Source: an uncultured Nitrososphaerales archaeon (GTDB lineage Archaea > Thermoproteota > Nitrososphaeria > Nitrososphaerales > Nitrososphaeraceae). Taken from it: 64,000 bases of DNA. Location of the stretch: NCBI GenBank assembly GCA_963709405.1, contig CAVPXM010000063.1, positions 196,128 through 260,127 of the forward strand, in the 5' to 3' direction. The position numbers and the translations under genes are program-made. Below are positions 31,858-41,791 of this stretch, one piece after another. How positions within the stretch are numbered: the stretch's first letter is position 1; each line of letters opens with the position of its first letter. The notes below the pieces were generated by a model, which saw only the letters and a list, made by a program, of their open reading frames with translations, was not told where the DNA came from and did no database searches.

Positions 31858-33510
31858 TTGGTAAGGCCATGGACGGCCCAGAAAAGGGTCAAGATGTTAC
31901 TGATTTTTGCTTCAATTGGTGTAATCCTGTTTTCCATTGCATATGTATTGTCGTTAGGAAATAATAACCCACATACAAACATCTCAAGATACTCCCCGGC
32001 AGGTCTTGTAGCAGATTCTAAGCAGGAGGCTATCAAGAAATACCAGTTACAATTTTGTGGAACAGACTCAAGACCAAATTCCAATCAATATGTTCAAGAA
32101 TACAAACTTCCACAAAAGTGCGAAATGCCCCTTGCGGTAAATGTTGATGATAATGGTAGCAAGGTCTGGTATATCTCTACAAAAAATGGTACAATTGGAG
32201 AATTCGATATTAAACTTGGCAAGTTTGAAAAAGAGAAACTAGTCCCTATATGGAAGTCACGTGCGGAACCGATCGACTCCTCCCAGGTTTGGGACATGAA
32301 AAGCGACAAGAATGGAGACCTTTGGTTTACTGATGAAAAACAGAATGCGATTTGGAGATATTTTAAATCTGCGCAAAGGTTTGAAATGTATAAAGTTCCA
32401 GAAAATTCTAGCTTTTTGGGTACTACATATCCAGTCTCGTTAGATTTCGATGAGAACGGGAATCTATATTTTGTTGGAATTCGATCGCCTAGTCTTTGGA
32501 TTGGAAACCTGGCAAAGTTAAGAAATGGAACATCCGAAGGAATATCCAAGATTTCGATTCCGACTTCAGCATTTAGAGGCATTGATCCTGAGCTTGTCAG
32601 CACAGGCTCGTTGGCCGTAGATAAGAAAAATGGTATAGTTTGGATTTCGATGCTCGCTTTCAACACAAAGGGACAACTTATCAAATATGATATTAGAAAT
32701 AAATCCTTTAAAACCTACAATATGCCTGAAGAGCTAAGCTCACCTGTGGGCATTGCGATTGACAGCGCTGGTAATCCATGGGTAACTGACCACGGTACTA
32801 GCTTATTTTTCAAATTGGACTCCAGCAGTGGGAATGTTACCAAGTTTTCGACATCAAAAGCCTCTGCCAGGATATTTGGTGGTAACGATACGAGTGTTCC
32901 TCAAGGTGCATATACTTTACCATATTGGATTAAGAGCGGCTATGATGGTACACTATGGTTCAATGAGCACACAGGCAACAAGATTGCCAAATTTGACCCT
33001 GGTAATCTAACACTTACGGAATATTGGATACCCACACAAGATAATCGCTGGGGACAATGTGTAGACCCAACCGTGCCCTGTGGGATTGCAAATGCTTTAC
33101 AATTCTCGGTAGGACATGGGAATAATCAGGTGTGGTTTAGTGAATGGTCTGAAAACAAGATAGGCATGGTAAACGCTTCCAAGCCCCCTCCAATATTGGT
33201 ATCTGTCTCCCCACCTGATGTTACCATAAGAAGAGGGCAAAGTTCTGAAATCAAAGTCCAGGTCAAAGCAGTGTCAAATGCTGCTGTCAATATGTTATCT
33301 TCATCACCATTCACACGTAATGGAGATCTGGGAAATTCAACCGGGACCTTCAGCGAGGACAAATTCAATCTCGCTGCTGGTAATACTAAGGATGTATCAT
33401 ACATCTTTACTCCAGCGTCGAATATCAAACCAGGTCAGTATATACTGATGTTAGGAGCAGACGTAAGCCCAGTGACTATTATGAGAGCAGTAAAAGTCAA
33501 TTTGGTTTAA
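31858..33510 (+). CDS. Membrane-anchored virginiamycin B lyase (Vgb)-like beta-propeller protein
   Basis: N-terminal TM; repeated G.lWFtE/D...I..FDP blades; C-terminal Ig-like domain. Confidence 0.8.
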   Translation: MVRPWTAQKRVKMLLIFASIGVILFSIAYVLSLGNNNPHTNISRYSPAGLVADSKQEAIKKYQLQFCGTDSRPNSNQYVQEYKLPQKCEMPLAVNVDDNGSKVWYISTKNGTIGEFDIKLGKFEKEKLVPIWKSRAEPIDSSQVWDMKSDKNGDLWFTDEKQNAIWRYFKSAQRFEMYKVPENSSFLGTTYPVSLDFDENGNLYFVGIRSPSLWIGNLAKLRNGTSEGISKISIPTSAFRGIDPELVSTGSLAVDKKNGIVWISMLAFNTKGQLIKYDIRNKSFKTYNMPEELSSPVGIAIDSAGNPWVTDHGTSLFFKLDSSSGNVTKFSTSKASARIFGGNDTSVPQGAYTLPYWIKSGYDGTLWFNEHTGNKIAKFDPGNLTLTEYWIPTQDNRWGQCVDPTVPCGIANALQFSVGHGNNQVWFSEWSENKIGMVNASKPPPILVSVSPPDVTIRRGQSSEIKVQVKAVSNAAVNMLSSSPFTRNGDLGNSTGTFSEDKFNLAAGNTKDVSYIFTPASNIKPGQYILMLGADVSPVTIMRAVKVNLV

Positions 33511-33584
33511 AAGGAATTCAGTATGACTGTGAATATTAATAATTCGAGACTTTCCCCGTACGTTCCTTCTAATTACCCATATAC

Positions 33585-34775
33585 TTACGCCCTGTTTATT
33601 GCTTCTATTCCCGGCATCTCGTCTCCTGCCAAAAATCTAAGAGTCGCTCCCCCTCCTGTCGAGACATGACTGACCTCTCCCTCAGAGACACCCGATCTTT
33701 TCATGGCTTCAAGCGTATCTCCTCCTCCTATAAGAGTCTTTGAACCTCTCCAAAATGCGAGTGCCACACTTTTTGCCATATTGATGGTCCCATTCGAAAA
33801 TAAAGCAATTTCAAATTGCCCCATAGGTCCATTCCAAAAAACTGTCCCAGACCCATCTCCCCCGACCTCCATAGAATAGCGTTGAACAGTTTCATTCCCT
33901 ATATCAAACCCCGCGAATTCGTCCGGAATATCCCTGACTATGCTTGCGTAGCCTTCGTTAGGAGAGGAAGCTACAATATGGTCTGAAGGGAGGAGAATTT
34001 TGTCTCCATAAATTGTCAATGCTTTTGTAACCCAAGGCAAATGCTCTTCGTCAATCGGAGAATTACCAGTTTTCATGCCTTTTGCTTTAAGAAATGTGTA
34101 TGCTACGGCGCCGCCCAATAGTAGTTTTTCGGCCTTGGGAAGCAAATTCTCGAGAGCTCCAATCTTATCCTTGATCTTGACTCCGCCCACCAAGATCTTT
34201 AGGGGTTTGATTGGGTTTTCTCTCATCATGGATAAATACTCAACTTCCTTACTAAGGTTGAACCCTGCAAGTATTGTATCAAATAACCTTGCGGCCCCAT
34301 AAGTCGACGCGTGTTTCCTATGAGACGTACTAAAGGCGTCATTTACATAAATATCGGCAAGTGACGCAAGTTGGCGAGCAAATTCTGGGTCATTGGCTTC
34401 TTCTTCCTTGTGGAATCTGAGGTTCTCGAGTAAGAGTATGTCTCCGTCCTGCATTTTAATAATACTATTCCTAACTTCATTACCAATACAATCATTGACA
34501 AATCCAACTTTTGCGGTTCGTACAATAGAAGATAACCTCTGAGCAACTAATTCCAATGAGTAGCCTGACTGCCACCCTCTAGGTCTACCAAGATGTGATG
34601 CCAAAATTACCTTAGCACCTCGTTTTGACAAATATTCTATTGTTGGAAGACTCATCCGTATTCGATAGTCTTCACCAATTGATCCATTGTATATGCTCAC
34701 GTTAAAGTCTACCCTCATCAAGACAGTTTTGCCCGAATACTTGGAATCTTCAAGAGCAGAAATACTCTTTAGCAT
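33585..34775 (-). CDS. pgk: Phosphoglycerate kinase
   Basis: RVDFNV, SHLGRP, LLENLRF, VNDAF, WNGPMG, GGGDT, HVSTGGGA. Confidence 0.95.
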   Translation of the reverse strand: MLKSISALEDSKYSGKTVLMRVDFNVSIYNGSIGEDYRIRMSLPTIEYLSKRGAKVILASHLGRPRGWQSGYSLELVAQRLSSIVRTAKVGFVNDCIGNEVRNSIIKMQDGDILLLENLRFHKEEEANDPEFARQLASLADIYVNDAFSTSHRKHASTYGAARLFDTILAGFNLSKEVEYLSMMRENPIKPLKILVGGVKIKDKIGALENLLPKAEKLLLGGAVAYTFLKAKGMKTGNSPIDEEHLPWVTKALTIYGDKILLPSDHIVASSPNEGYASIVRDIPDEFAGFDIGNETVQRYSMEVGGDGSGTVFWNGPMGQFEIALFSNGTINMAKSVALAFWRGSKTLIGGGDTLEAMKRSGVSEGEVSHVSTGGGATLRFLAGDEMPGIEAINRA

Positions 34776-35144
34776 TATAATATTTAGACGATGAGACGAT
34801 GTAGTGTATAGGGATAAATCTCTTCCTAATATACCAGTTTACCTATGTCGGGTTCTTATGATAAGCTCCGTTATTGCAAATGACTTTATAAGATTGTGTT
34901 ACTCAGACGCATATCAACCACTTACGATTTAGATCGGTCGAAAATCAGAATGTAACCATACTATTCTATTCTATTCTTGATGTCAATCAGCAACACCGTA
35001 ATGAACTACAAAGCCATTGCTAAGCGAGGACAGTCATCAACAACGACCTGATGTAAACGAGATAGAAGTGTTTATCAGGATTCAAAGAAATGAAGATGAG
35101 GTCCAAAAAGCTTACATTTATCAAGCCCAAAGATTCTAGTAAAG

Positions 35145-35663
35145 CTATTCATCATCATTACTTTTTAGTTCTCGTAGAGGAACAACTTGTATATTGGTAG
35201 GGCAACCAAGCTTACTGGATGCAACCTTAAAGCCTTGTTTTGCAAGATCCAGATTACTAGCCTTTACATGAGCCTCTAAAATGACCTGCCCTGGATAGAC
35301 ACGAGCAGCAAGCCCCATAGCCTTTCCAAATGCTCTCCTCATTCCCTCTTGTAGCCTATCGGCACCTGCTGTAGCAATCATCTTGTTTTCTCTTAGAATC
35401 ACATGCGGATATACTCTTAACATAGAAAAAAAACTCATATCCCCCGCTTTTGCCATCGTTTTGTTGGCAGCTAATCTAGCAGCTTCTAAAGCATTGTGTC
35501 TTATCTGCATTTTTTCAGTCACCAAAAGTTCAACTTTAAAGTCATAATCACCAGTTGCAAGGCCTGAAGAAAATCTGGCAATCTTGAGCTGTGGTTTTCC
35601 ACGAATATATTCCCTCCTCACATAAGGCATCCCACGAATTTCACGATAATTAACCCCTTTCAT
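35145..35663 (-). CDS. rpl10e: 50S ribosomal protein uL16 (L10e)
   Basis: QIRHNALEAAR, YPHVILRENK, GADRLQEGMRRAFGK. Confidence 0.96.
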   Translation of the reverse strand: MKGVNYREIRGMPYVRREYIRGKPQLKIARFSSGLATGDYDFKVELLVTEKMQIRHNALEAARLAANKTMAKAGDMSFFSMLRVYPHVILRENKMIATAGADRLQEGMRRAFGKAMGLAARVYPGQVILEAHVKASNLDLAKQGFKVASSKLGCPTNIQVVPLRELKSNDDE

Positions 35664-35719
35664 AAAGAATCAGATTTTTGAGTACTTGAATGTGATTATA
35701 TAGGCGTGATTTAATCGTT

Positions 35720-36340
35720 ATGTCATTGTCAAATTCCTCTTCATCTAAAAATTCACAACCTGAAGGTGATCTCCCTTATATTATAGAGGCATCGCTGCTG
35801 GATAATAGGAGAAGAATCGTTATCAATGATAACAAGGACCAGGATCACCTAAGAACTAAAGGGTTTGGGCTGAAGGATGGTTCCGAATACATCCTAAGGC
35901 CATATGAGGCGCTATATCTTGTTCATTCTGGGCGTTTGAGTCTAAGTACAAAATCTGAAAGAAATATCAATTTCGATACTCTAATAGAAACTTTTTCAGA
36001 GCATGACAAATTAGTTCTGACAAGATTTTTGATCTATCGCGATTTAAGGAGTAGAGGATACGTTGCCAAGGACGGATTCGGTTTCGGGATAGACTTTAGA
36101 CTGTATGAGCGAGGAGAGTTTGGGATAAAACCAGCAAAATATATTATATTTGCAGTAAACGAGGGTGTGAATATGGAGGTCGACAGATTAGCTGTAATTA
36201 TTGAACAAATAGAGAGAATGGGAAAAGAATCCATTCTTGCCGTAATAGAACGTAGAGGTGAAATTATTTATTATAAAGCAAGCAGTATGCACTTTGTAAA
36301 AAATAAAGCCAGCAGCAGTCTTTCCACAATTGTCTCATGA
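35720..36340 (+). CDS. endA: tRNA-intron endonuclease, catalytic-type subunit
   Basis: YEALYL, YRDLRSRGYVAKDGFGFGIDFRLY. Confidence 0.88.
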   Translation: MSLSNSSSSKNSQPEGDLPYIIEASLLDNRRRIVINDNKDQDHLRTKGFGLKDGSEYILRPYEALYLVHSGRLSLSTKSERNINFDTLIETFSEHDKLVLTRFLIYRDLRSRGYVAKDGFGFGIDFRLYERGEFGIKPAKYIIFAVNEGVNMEVDRLAVIIEQIERMGKESILAVIERRGEIIYYKASSMHFVKNKASSSLSTIVS

Positions 36341-36412
36341 TAAGCTAAACTTTACTAACGTGAAATTTTAAGATAACTAAAGCTAATATATAATATCCTA
36401 ATATGAATTCAT

Positions 36413-36571
36413 GTGTCATTTAAGGAAATATACTGTCGTGATTGCGGGTTGGTATTGGCTAAGTTTAATATAAAATATTTTACGGATAACAGCATATCAG
36501 AATTGGTGCGATTACAGTACGGTTCCCATATAAAGAACGGGCACTCTCTGTCAACAAGGAATTCAAGTTGA
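36413..36571 (+). CDS. Small putative Zn-binding protein (52 aa), absent from the ORF track
   Basis: GTG start; MSFKEIYCRDCGLVLAKFNIKYFTDNSISELVRLQYGSHIKNGHSLSTRNSS (CxxC...HxxxxH). Confidence 0.7.
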   Translation: MSFKEIYCRDCGLVLAKFNIKYFTDNSISELVRLQYGSHIKNGHSLSTRNSS

Positions 36572-36930
36572 GGGACAAGTGACCCACTCGATGATTGTAA
36601 ATAACCCACCTCGATCGACAATGGCGTATTAATTGCATCCTTGACATATTCCTTCCACACAAACTAGGATTACGAGTCTTACCATTTATGAAACTCACAT
36701 TTAGATTATTACTTGGAAAACCCCAAGACTAATGACATATGGTAAACCTACCTGAGCACAGCAGGTAAACGAATGATCTTGTCTTTCATATTAGACAATA
36801 TTTTTTACTCGGTATGTATTTTAGAATCATGCAGGACAATGAAGATCGTGACAGTCCGCCTAATATTCTGGTAAGTCCGGAGTAGCATGAGGAAATTTAA
36901 TGGACTGCTGAGTCTTGAAAGACTAGATAT

Positions 36931-37006
36931 TGCTCCGGCCGGGATTTGAACCCGGGATCGTCGCCTTGAGAGGGCGAAATGCTTAACCAGACTACACCAC
37001 CGGAGC
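36931..37006 (-). tRNA. tRNA-Glu(CTC)
   Basis: GCTCCGGTGGTGTAGTCTGG...TCGCC-CT-CTC-AA-GGCGA...GGTTCAAATCCCGGCCGGAGCA cloverleaf. Confidence 0.95.
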
Positions 37007-37237
37007 CCAAGAATTTGCGTGATTTTCTTCATATAAATTTGTGTCTTTGAATTAACAGAACAATAGACTGAGTATATAAGTAAAATGGCACGTTCTTGTG
37101 ATGATACCAGCTCGAATAGTAACAGCATATATTCCAACCGATAAGCTAGGCAAGTTTCATAGAGATAATGTGTAAAGTTAATTGTAATGATCCTATAATT
37201 GAGAGCAAGAGATAAATTCTACTATGACATATTCTCT

Positions 37238-37887
37238 GGCTCTGTAAAGTCAAGATATTTTCTCCTAGTTGTAGTGATATGCAAATAGGTTTAACCACTT
37301 TTGTACGTGCTTCAATTTGCAGTTTTTCTTTCTACATGGAAAATAATCGTCAAAGCATTCAGTTCTATCTTTTATGTACTGTATCGTCCTTTCTATGATA
37401 CTTTTCTCATATGAAGAATGAATGTGATGATTTAGTTTCAAGAACTGACTGGCTTGTGGATACCAGCTACCGCCATCGGTGGAAACCGGACGTTCTCCAT
37501 ATTCTTTTACAATATTTGATAGAAATCTCTTTGCCACAAACATATTTCTCTCTTTTGATATATTCAATCTTAGAACCTCTTTACTTTCAGGCTCTATGGC
37601 AACCCAAAGCCAAATTAGGTCAGAACCAACTTTGATTTGAGTTTCGTCGAGTATGAATTCGAAGATCTCGGTCTTCCTATAATACAATCCTTTAGGATCA
37701 TACTTTTGAATCCAATATCTTATAGCAGTATGGCTTCTTGTAACAAATTTGGATAAGGCCTTAGAAGCATTTCTTAACGAAAGACCATTGAAATAAAGAT
37801 GCAAGACATATACTATTTCTTACCTGGTATATCATATATAATATACAAGAAAGGAACCTATAGCTTTTTCCTTAACTTTACGGGGCA
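37238..37887 (-). mobile_element. IS6-family insertion sequence
   Basis: Imperfect 17-bp TIRs (GGCTCTGTAAAGTCAAG 37238-54 versus reverse complement of 37871-87, 13/17 identical); 8-bp direct repeat TATTCTCT at 37230-37 and 37888-95. Confidence 0.85.
37265..37804 (-). CDS. IS6-family DDE transposase (N-terminus probably damaged)
   Basis: GLSLR HTH, LDETQIK, WLWVAI, STDGG.WY, IER motifs. Confidence 0.85.
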   Translation of the reverse strand: MHLYFNGLSLRNASKALSKFVTRSHTAIRYWIQKYDPKGLYYRKTEIFEFILDETQIKVGSDLIWLWVAIEPESKEVLRLNISKERNMFVAKRFLSNIVKEYGERPVSTDGGSWYPQASQFLKLNHHIHSSYEKSIIERTIQYIKDRTECFDDYFPCRKKNCKLKHVQKWLNLFAYHYN

Positions 37888-38136
37888 TATTCTCTTCTTA
37901 TATCACTTAAGTGCTAGACGTTAGATCAAATCATATCTCTTATTGTAGTCGCTCATGGACGGGGAGTTAAACTCGGTCTAATTATCTATGCTGGTTTTTG
38001 AATCGTTTGTATCCATTAATCATTCAGGGAATTTAATTATCCTTGTCATAAATTGAGCCAGAGTAAATAAAGTCCGTTGATGGGTTTCCGGATCTGCTAA
38101 CTATGATATTGTGCTTATGAATCCATATAGACGTGA

Positions 38137-38373
38137 TCAAGCTACTAAAGTCGGTGGAACAGGCTCGAGCTTCCTAGATCTTGCCCTGAGTTTAGCCTTG
38201 TATTTCAAATTTCTTGGTTTCGATCTTAATCTATATCCACAACATGGACACCATAAACCTTGCCAATTCATGAATATCTCACAGATTTGGCAACGTTTCT
38301 GGCCGATCGCATAGCGACCCAATCCTATAGGCTTCTGAGCCTTATGACGCACACAAATGCCTTTGCAAGTCAT
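38137..38373 (-). CDS. Conserved small Cys-rich Zn-finger protein
   Basis: MTCKGIC...KRCQICEIF...WCPCCGYRLR. Confidence 0.85.
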   Translation of the reverse strand: MTCKGICVRHKAQKPIGLGRYAIGQKRCQICEIFMNWQGLWCPCCGYRLRSKPRNLKYKAKLRARSRKLEPVPPTLVA

Positions 38374-38500
38374 CTTTCTAATCCTAGATACGTGATCTGT
38401 ATCGTATTTAAAGATGTACGAGAACGAATTATGATCGATTGTGTACTAGTTTAACAATTTAAGACAAAGAAAAAAAAGGTACTAAGCATGCTCTGACCAG

Positions 38501-38755
38501 TCAGCTCACATTTATACTATTGGCCTGAAAAGCTTCGTTCATTGTCAAATATTCTTGAAGCTTGTTTTTGATGTCATCGGGTTCAGTGTCATCCATCCCC
38601 TGGAAACCCGCCTTGAAAGAGATCTTATTTCCCGACACATTTACGTCCTCGACTTCCATATCTGCGTAGACATTTGCCAACTCGTTGACCCATTCCTTAG
38701 CTTCATCTTGAGCTACACCTGAAGTATCTATATTTACAGACAGCATTTTGGTCAC
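38501..38755 (-). CDS. Conserved acidic hypothetical protein
   Basis: Clean 84-aa ORF (WVNELANVYADMEV...YLTMNEAF). Confidence 0.75.
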   Translation of the reverse strand: MTKMLSVNIDTSGVAQDEAKEWVNELANVYADMEVEDVNVSGNKISFKAGFQGMDDTEPDDIKNKLQEYLTMNEAFQANSINVS

Positions 38756-38887
38756 ACAAAATCACCTAAGACCAAATTAGTATAGGGATTAATAAAGTTG
38801 ACGTGTAACAAATCGTAGACTTGGCATACCAATTTAAATGATTTCATCAAGCAACTCTTACATTAATTAAGCACGTCATGATTCCTG

Positions 38888-39070
38888 CTATTCAAAACCC
38901 CAATGCTTTATCAGCTCTTTCTCAAACTTCGATGATTGATCTTCGTTTAGGGAATCTCCACAATTCTTATGGGTAGGTACCACATTCATACCTGCAAGTT
39001 TAAATTCAACTTCGTAAAAATGAACCTTTGAACACTTGCACATGTTTAAGGTGATTAGTGTTTGGCTCAC
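38888..39070 (-). CDS. Small Cys/His hypothetical protein
   Basis: MCKCSKVHFYEVEF...PTHKNCG. Confidence 0.7.
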   Translation of the reverse strand: MSQTLITLNMCKCSKVHFYEVEFKLAGMNVVPTHKNCGDSLNEDQSSKFEKELIKHWGFE

Positions 39071-39291
39071 TTATTTGCTTATCTTCTTATCCTGAATTTT
39101 GTAATTCAAAATGTAGTAGCTTTCTAAACTATTGGATATTTCATCGTCTGTCTGTCAACCATCAGTACTATGTGGATAAGTTAGTGAATAAACAGAACTC
39201 CCAAACAAGTAAAAAATTGGACCCAGTTATTAACAGGTCGTATCCACGTGAGTTTCAAAAATGTTAGCCCATACTATCTTATATTCAAATG

Positions 39292-39777
39292 TCAAGTTTG
39301 TAAATCTTGAAAATACACCATGTCCATCAACCAGTCTACATAAGATTTCACTGGCTGGTCTATTTTACACCACAAATGGACCAATCCTGGGAGAACCTCC
39401 ATTCTACCGTTCTGAGTAATAACTCTCACTCCTTCCTTCCCCTCATACATGTAAGCATCTTGAACCTGGACGTCACCTAGTACCTTTATCGCATGTAACT
39501 TAACTTCTTCTCGCGGTATAGGAAAGGTCTTCCGGAATTTGTTTATAATTAAGCCTATATTTTCTGTGCCATATGAGTATACATCAAATAACTTGGATTG
39601 CTCTGGAAATTGTAACCGAAGATCCAGTTGATATCTTGAACCGATAAAGCGTGCAAGTTCATTTATCTTTGCGTATGCCAAATTGGGGCTCCTTCTTAGC
39701 AACGTTTTAAGAGATTCTTCATTAACCTTTAGATTTATCATCAGATCTTTGTGTAAGCTAGAAAACAAAGAAGGCAA
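39292..39777 (-). CDS. Hypothetical protein
   Basis: 161-aa ORF with protein-like composition (DAYMYEGKEGVR). Confidence 0.7.
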   Translation of the reverse strand: MPSLFSSLHKDLMINLKVNEESLKTLLRRSPNLAYAKINELARFIGSRYQLDLRLQFPEQSKLFDVYSYGTENIGLIINKFRKTFPIPREEVKLHAIKVLGDVQVQDAYMYEGKEGVRVITQNGRMEVLPGLVHLWCKIDQPVKSYVDWLMDMVYFQDLQT

Positions 39778-39868
39778 AGTGGTTGTAAATATCTATTAGC
39801 ACTTTACCTTATTAACTGATAACGATTTAGATTCACATTTTTATTCATCCGTCGTTTTCTCCTATATT

Positions 39869-40489
39869 ATGTTCTCGGCGAACGCAGATTCCGATCGTGC
39901 CTCTAGTATAGAAGATTATCAAATAACCTGTGAAGATTTTATCACAGATATTAGCAAGGACTATAATGATTGGGTCGACAGATATGATTTACAGAGCAGA
40001 GAAAATGATGACAGAAAAAGGGCGATAGAAAATGTCAGAATGACTACAAATAGTTGGATTAGATCGTACGGCACTAGTATCAAGAAAATAGACATTATTA
40101 TGAACGACGGGATCAACAAGATGGCTGAAAGTACAGCGGGATATCCGTTCAAGATTGAAGTTCATGTTAACGACATGGTTGGTTATACTCACCATCCTGT
40201 CGGTGAGATAAAAGTGAACGTACGTGCGATACCGCATCCCGGACGAATTGCGCGAATAGGCTATTACCACACGGATCAAATTTTTCTAATAAACTCAATT
40301 GCTCCCATCCATTTCATAGTGAGTCCTGAAACAATGGCTGGAGGAGATATCCTCAATGATTACGTACTTTTCAATGCGGAGGATTGTAAAGTAGGTGATG
40401 TAATTTCCATTACCATAATAATAGAAGAAGTTGAAAACATGCACGTGATTGAAAGGAGAGGATTCACTACTATAGTATTGCTAACATAA
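39869..40489 (+). CDS. Hypothetical protein
   Basis: 206-aa ORF; N-terminal helix, beta-rich C-terminus. Confidence 0.65.
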   Translation: MFSANADSDRASSIEDYQITCEDFITDISKDYNDWVDRYDLQSRENDDRKRAIENVRMTTNSWIRSYGTSIKKIDIIMNDGINKMAESTAGYPFKIEVHVNDMVGYTHHPVGEIKVNVRAIPHPGRIARIGYYHTDQIFLINSIAPIHFIVSPETMAGGDILNDYVLFNAEDCKVGDVISITIIIEEVENMHVIERRGFTTIVLLT

Positions 40490-40625
40490 ATCTCCTTAGT
40501 GATTTGCAAAATTAGAACCCAGTTAGATTATGGTTGGTCTTTATGTCGGGTGATAAAACCAGCCTAAACTGCCTGGGAACGGCGATCCACAAACTCTTTT
40601 AAGAGGGATTTGCAAAAGCTGCGTC

Positions 40626-40886
40626 GTGGATAAGAACGCTGCCGACGAGGAACGCTTTGGCATTGACTCGGATGATGAAGCGTTAAGATGCAATATATGC
40701 GGTCGGGATGCAGACTTTATAGTCCAGCTGGAATTAATAAAAGAAAGAAGCAATTATAATATAATAGAATCACTAAACCAAATGCCTTTTTATTTGTGCA
40801 AGTCCCATGAATTTCTCTACAAGAGAATGCGTAGCAACATTGAGCTCAAGGATTATTTTCCAGAGACAATTAAGGAAAATCAATAG
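40626..40886 (+). CDS. Small Zn-binding hypothetical protein
   Basis: CNIC...LCKSH. Confidence 0.6.
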   Translation: MDKNAADEERFGIDSDDEALRCNICGRDADFIVQLELIKERSNYNIIESLNQMPFYLCKSHEFLYKRMRSNIELKDYFPETIKENQ

Positions 40887-40896
40887 CGAGATCTAT

Positions 40897-41337
40897 GTGA
40901 AGCGTTTGAGGAGCTTTAACAGTGAAGAAGAGCTCTTGCGACATTTACACAAAGAAGGGATTACAATCCTAGAATATGAGGGAAGGAAAATCCCCTGCTT
41001 ATACGTAACTCAAAAGAGATATGAACAGATAATGGGTAGCGCATTGGGCAAGAAAATTGCCGTTGATACGATTCTGAATATAATAAACAATCCTGACAAA
41101 CCGGATGTATTTGTTGATATTTACATGAATTTCTTGGACGCTCAATTTGAGCAATATTTCCTCTTGCCAGCTAACGACAATTTGGAATTTTTTGAGGCGA
41201 TGGGCGAATCGACTATGATAGCAATTGCTCCCGAGCCTTCTTCCTTTGCCAAGGGACAAAATATATTCATGGTTCAACTCCCAAAGATAGATCCTATTGA
41301 AAATGCCATTTCTCTCATTAGGTCAAAGCTACCATAG
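40897..41337 (+). CDS. Hypothetical protein
   Basis: Part of ORF 40807-41337; GTG at 40897 avoids overlap with the upstream gene. Confidence 0.6.
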   Translation: MKRLRSFNSEEELLRHLHKEGITILEYEGRKIPCLYVTQKRYEQIMGSALGKKIAVDTILNIINNPDKPDVFVDIYMNFLDAQFEQYFLLPANDNLEFFEAMGESTMIAIAPEPSSFAKGQNIFMVQLPKIDPIENAISLIRSKLP

Positions 41338-41479
41338 GTGAATGCGAGGCTAGTGAACAGATAAACTAAAATGTTCAACGATTCGATTGAGATGTTCTAT
41401 CCTAAAGTACTAGCTTTGTAATGCTAACAAGATAAAAATATTTAGGAGCCCAATTCCATATATTTATAACTCTTACAAA

Positions 41480-41554
41480 TGCGACGGCCGGGATTTGAAC
41501 CCGGGTTACCAGATTGGCAATCTGATGTCCTAGACCAAACTGGACGACCGTCGC
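41480..41554 (-). tRNA. tRNA-Gly(GCC)
   Basis: GCGACGGTCGTCCAGTTTGG...TCAGA-TT-GCC-AA-TCTGG...GGTTCAAATCCCGGCCGTCGCA. Confidence 0.95.
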
Positions 41555-41791
41555 ACATGGCGTTGCTGAAGATTAAGCTGGCTAATACTTCCAAGCAAGA
41601 TTCAGAGATCTATGATCCTGAAACCTAATCTAGTTAGGATACAGCAAGCCTTATCCAATATAAAATGATTTAGTTCATCGAACTCTAAACAATGTTATAT
41701 ATTTCGACCAAGAGAGAATCTTCCTATATTGTACTGTAGCACACGGATCGAGTTGCATGTATTTTCTGTGCTTTCTATGAATTTTGTCCGC

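Noticed and set aside
36805-37137. 110-aa minus-strand ORF
   Set aside because: Overlaps tRNA-Glu; spurious
36931-41554. tRNA-bounded integrated element
   Set aside because: No integrase and no duplicated tRNA 3' fragment; the shared sequence is just the conserved T-arm of two complete tRNAs
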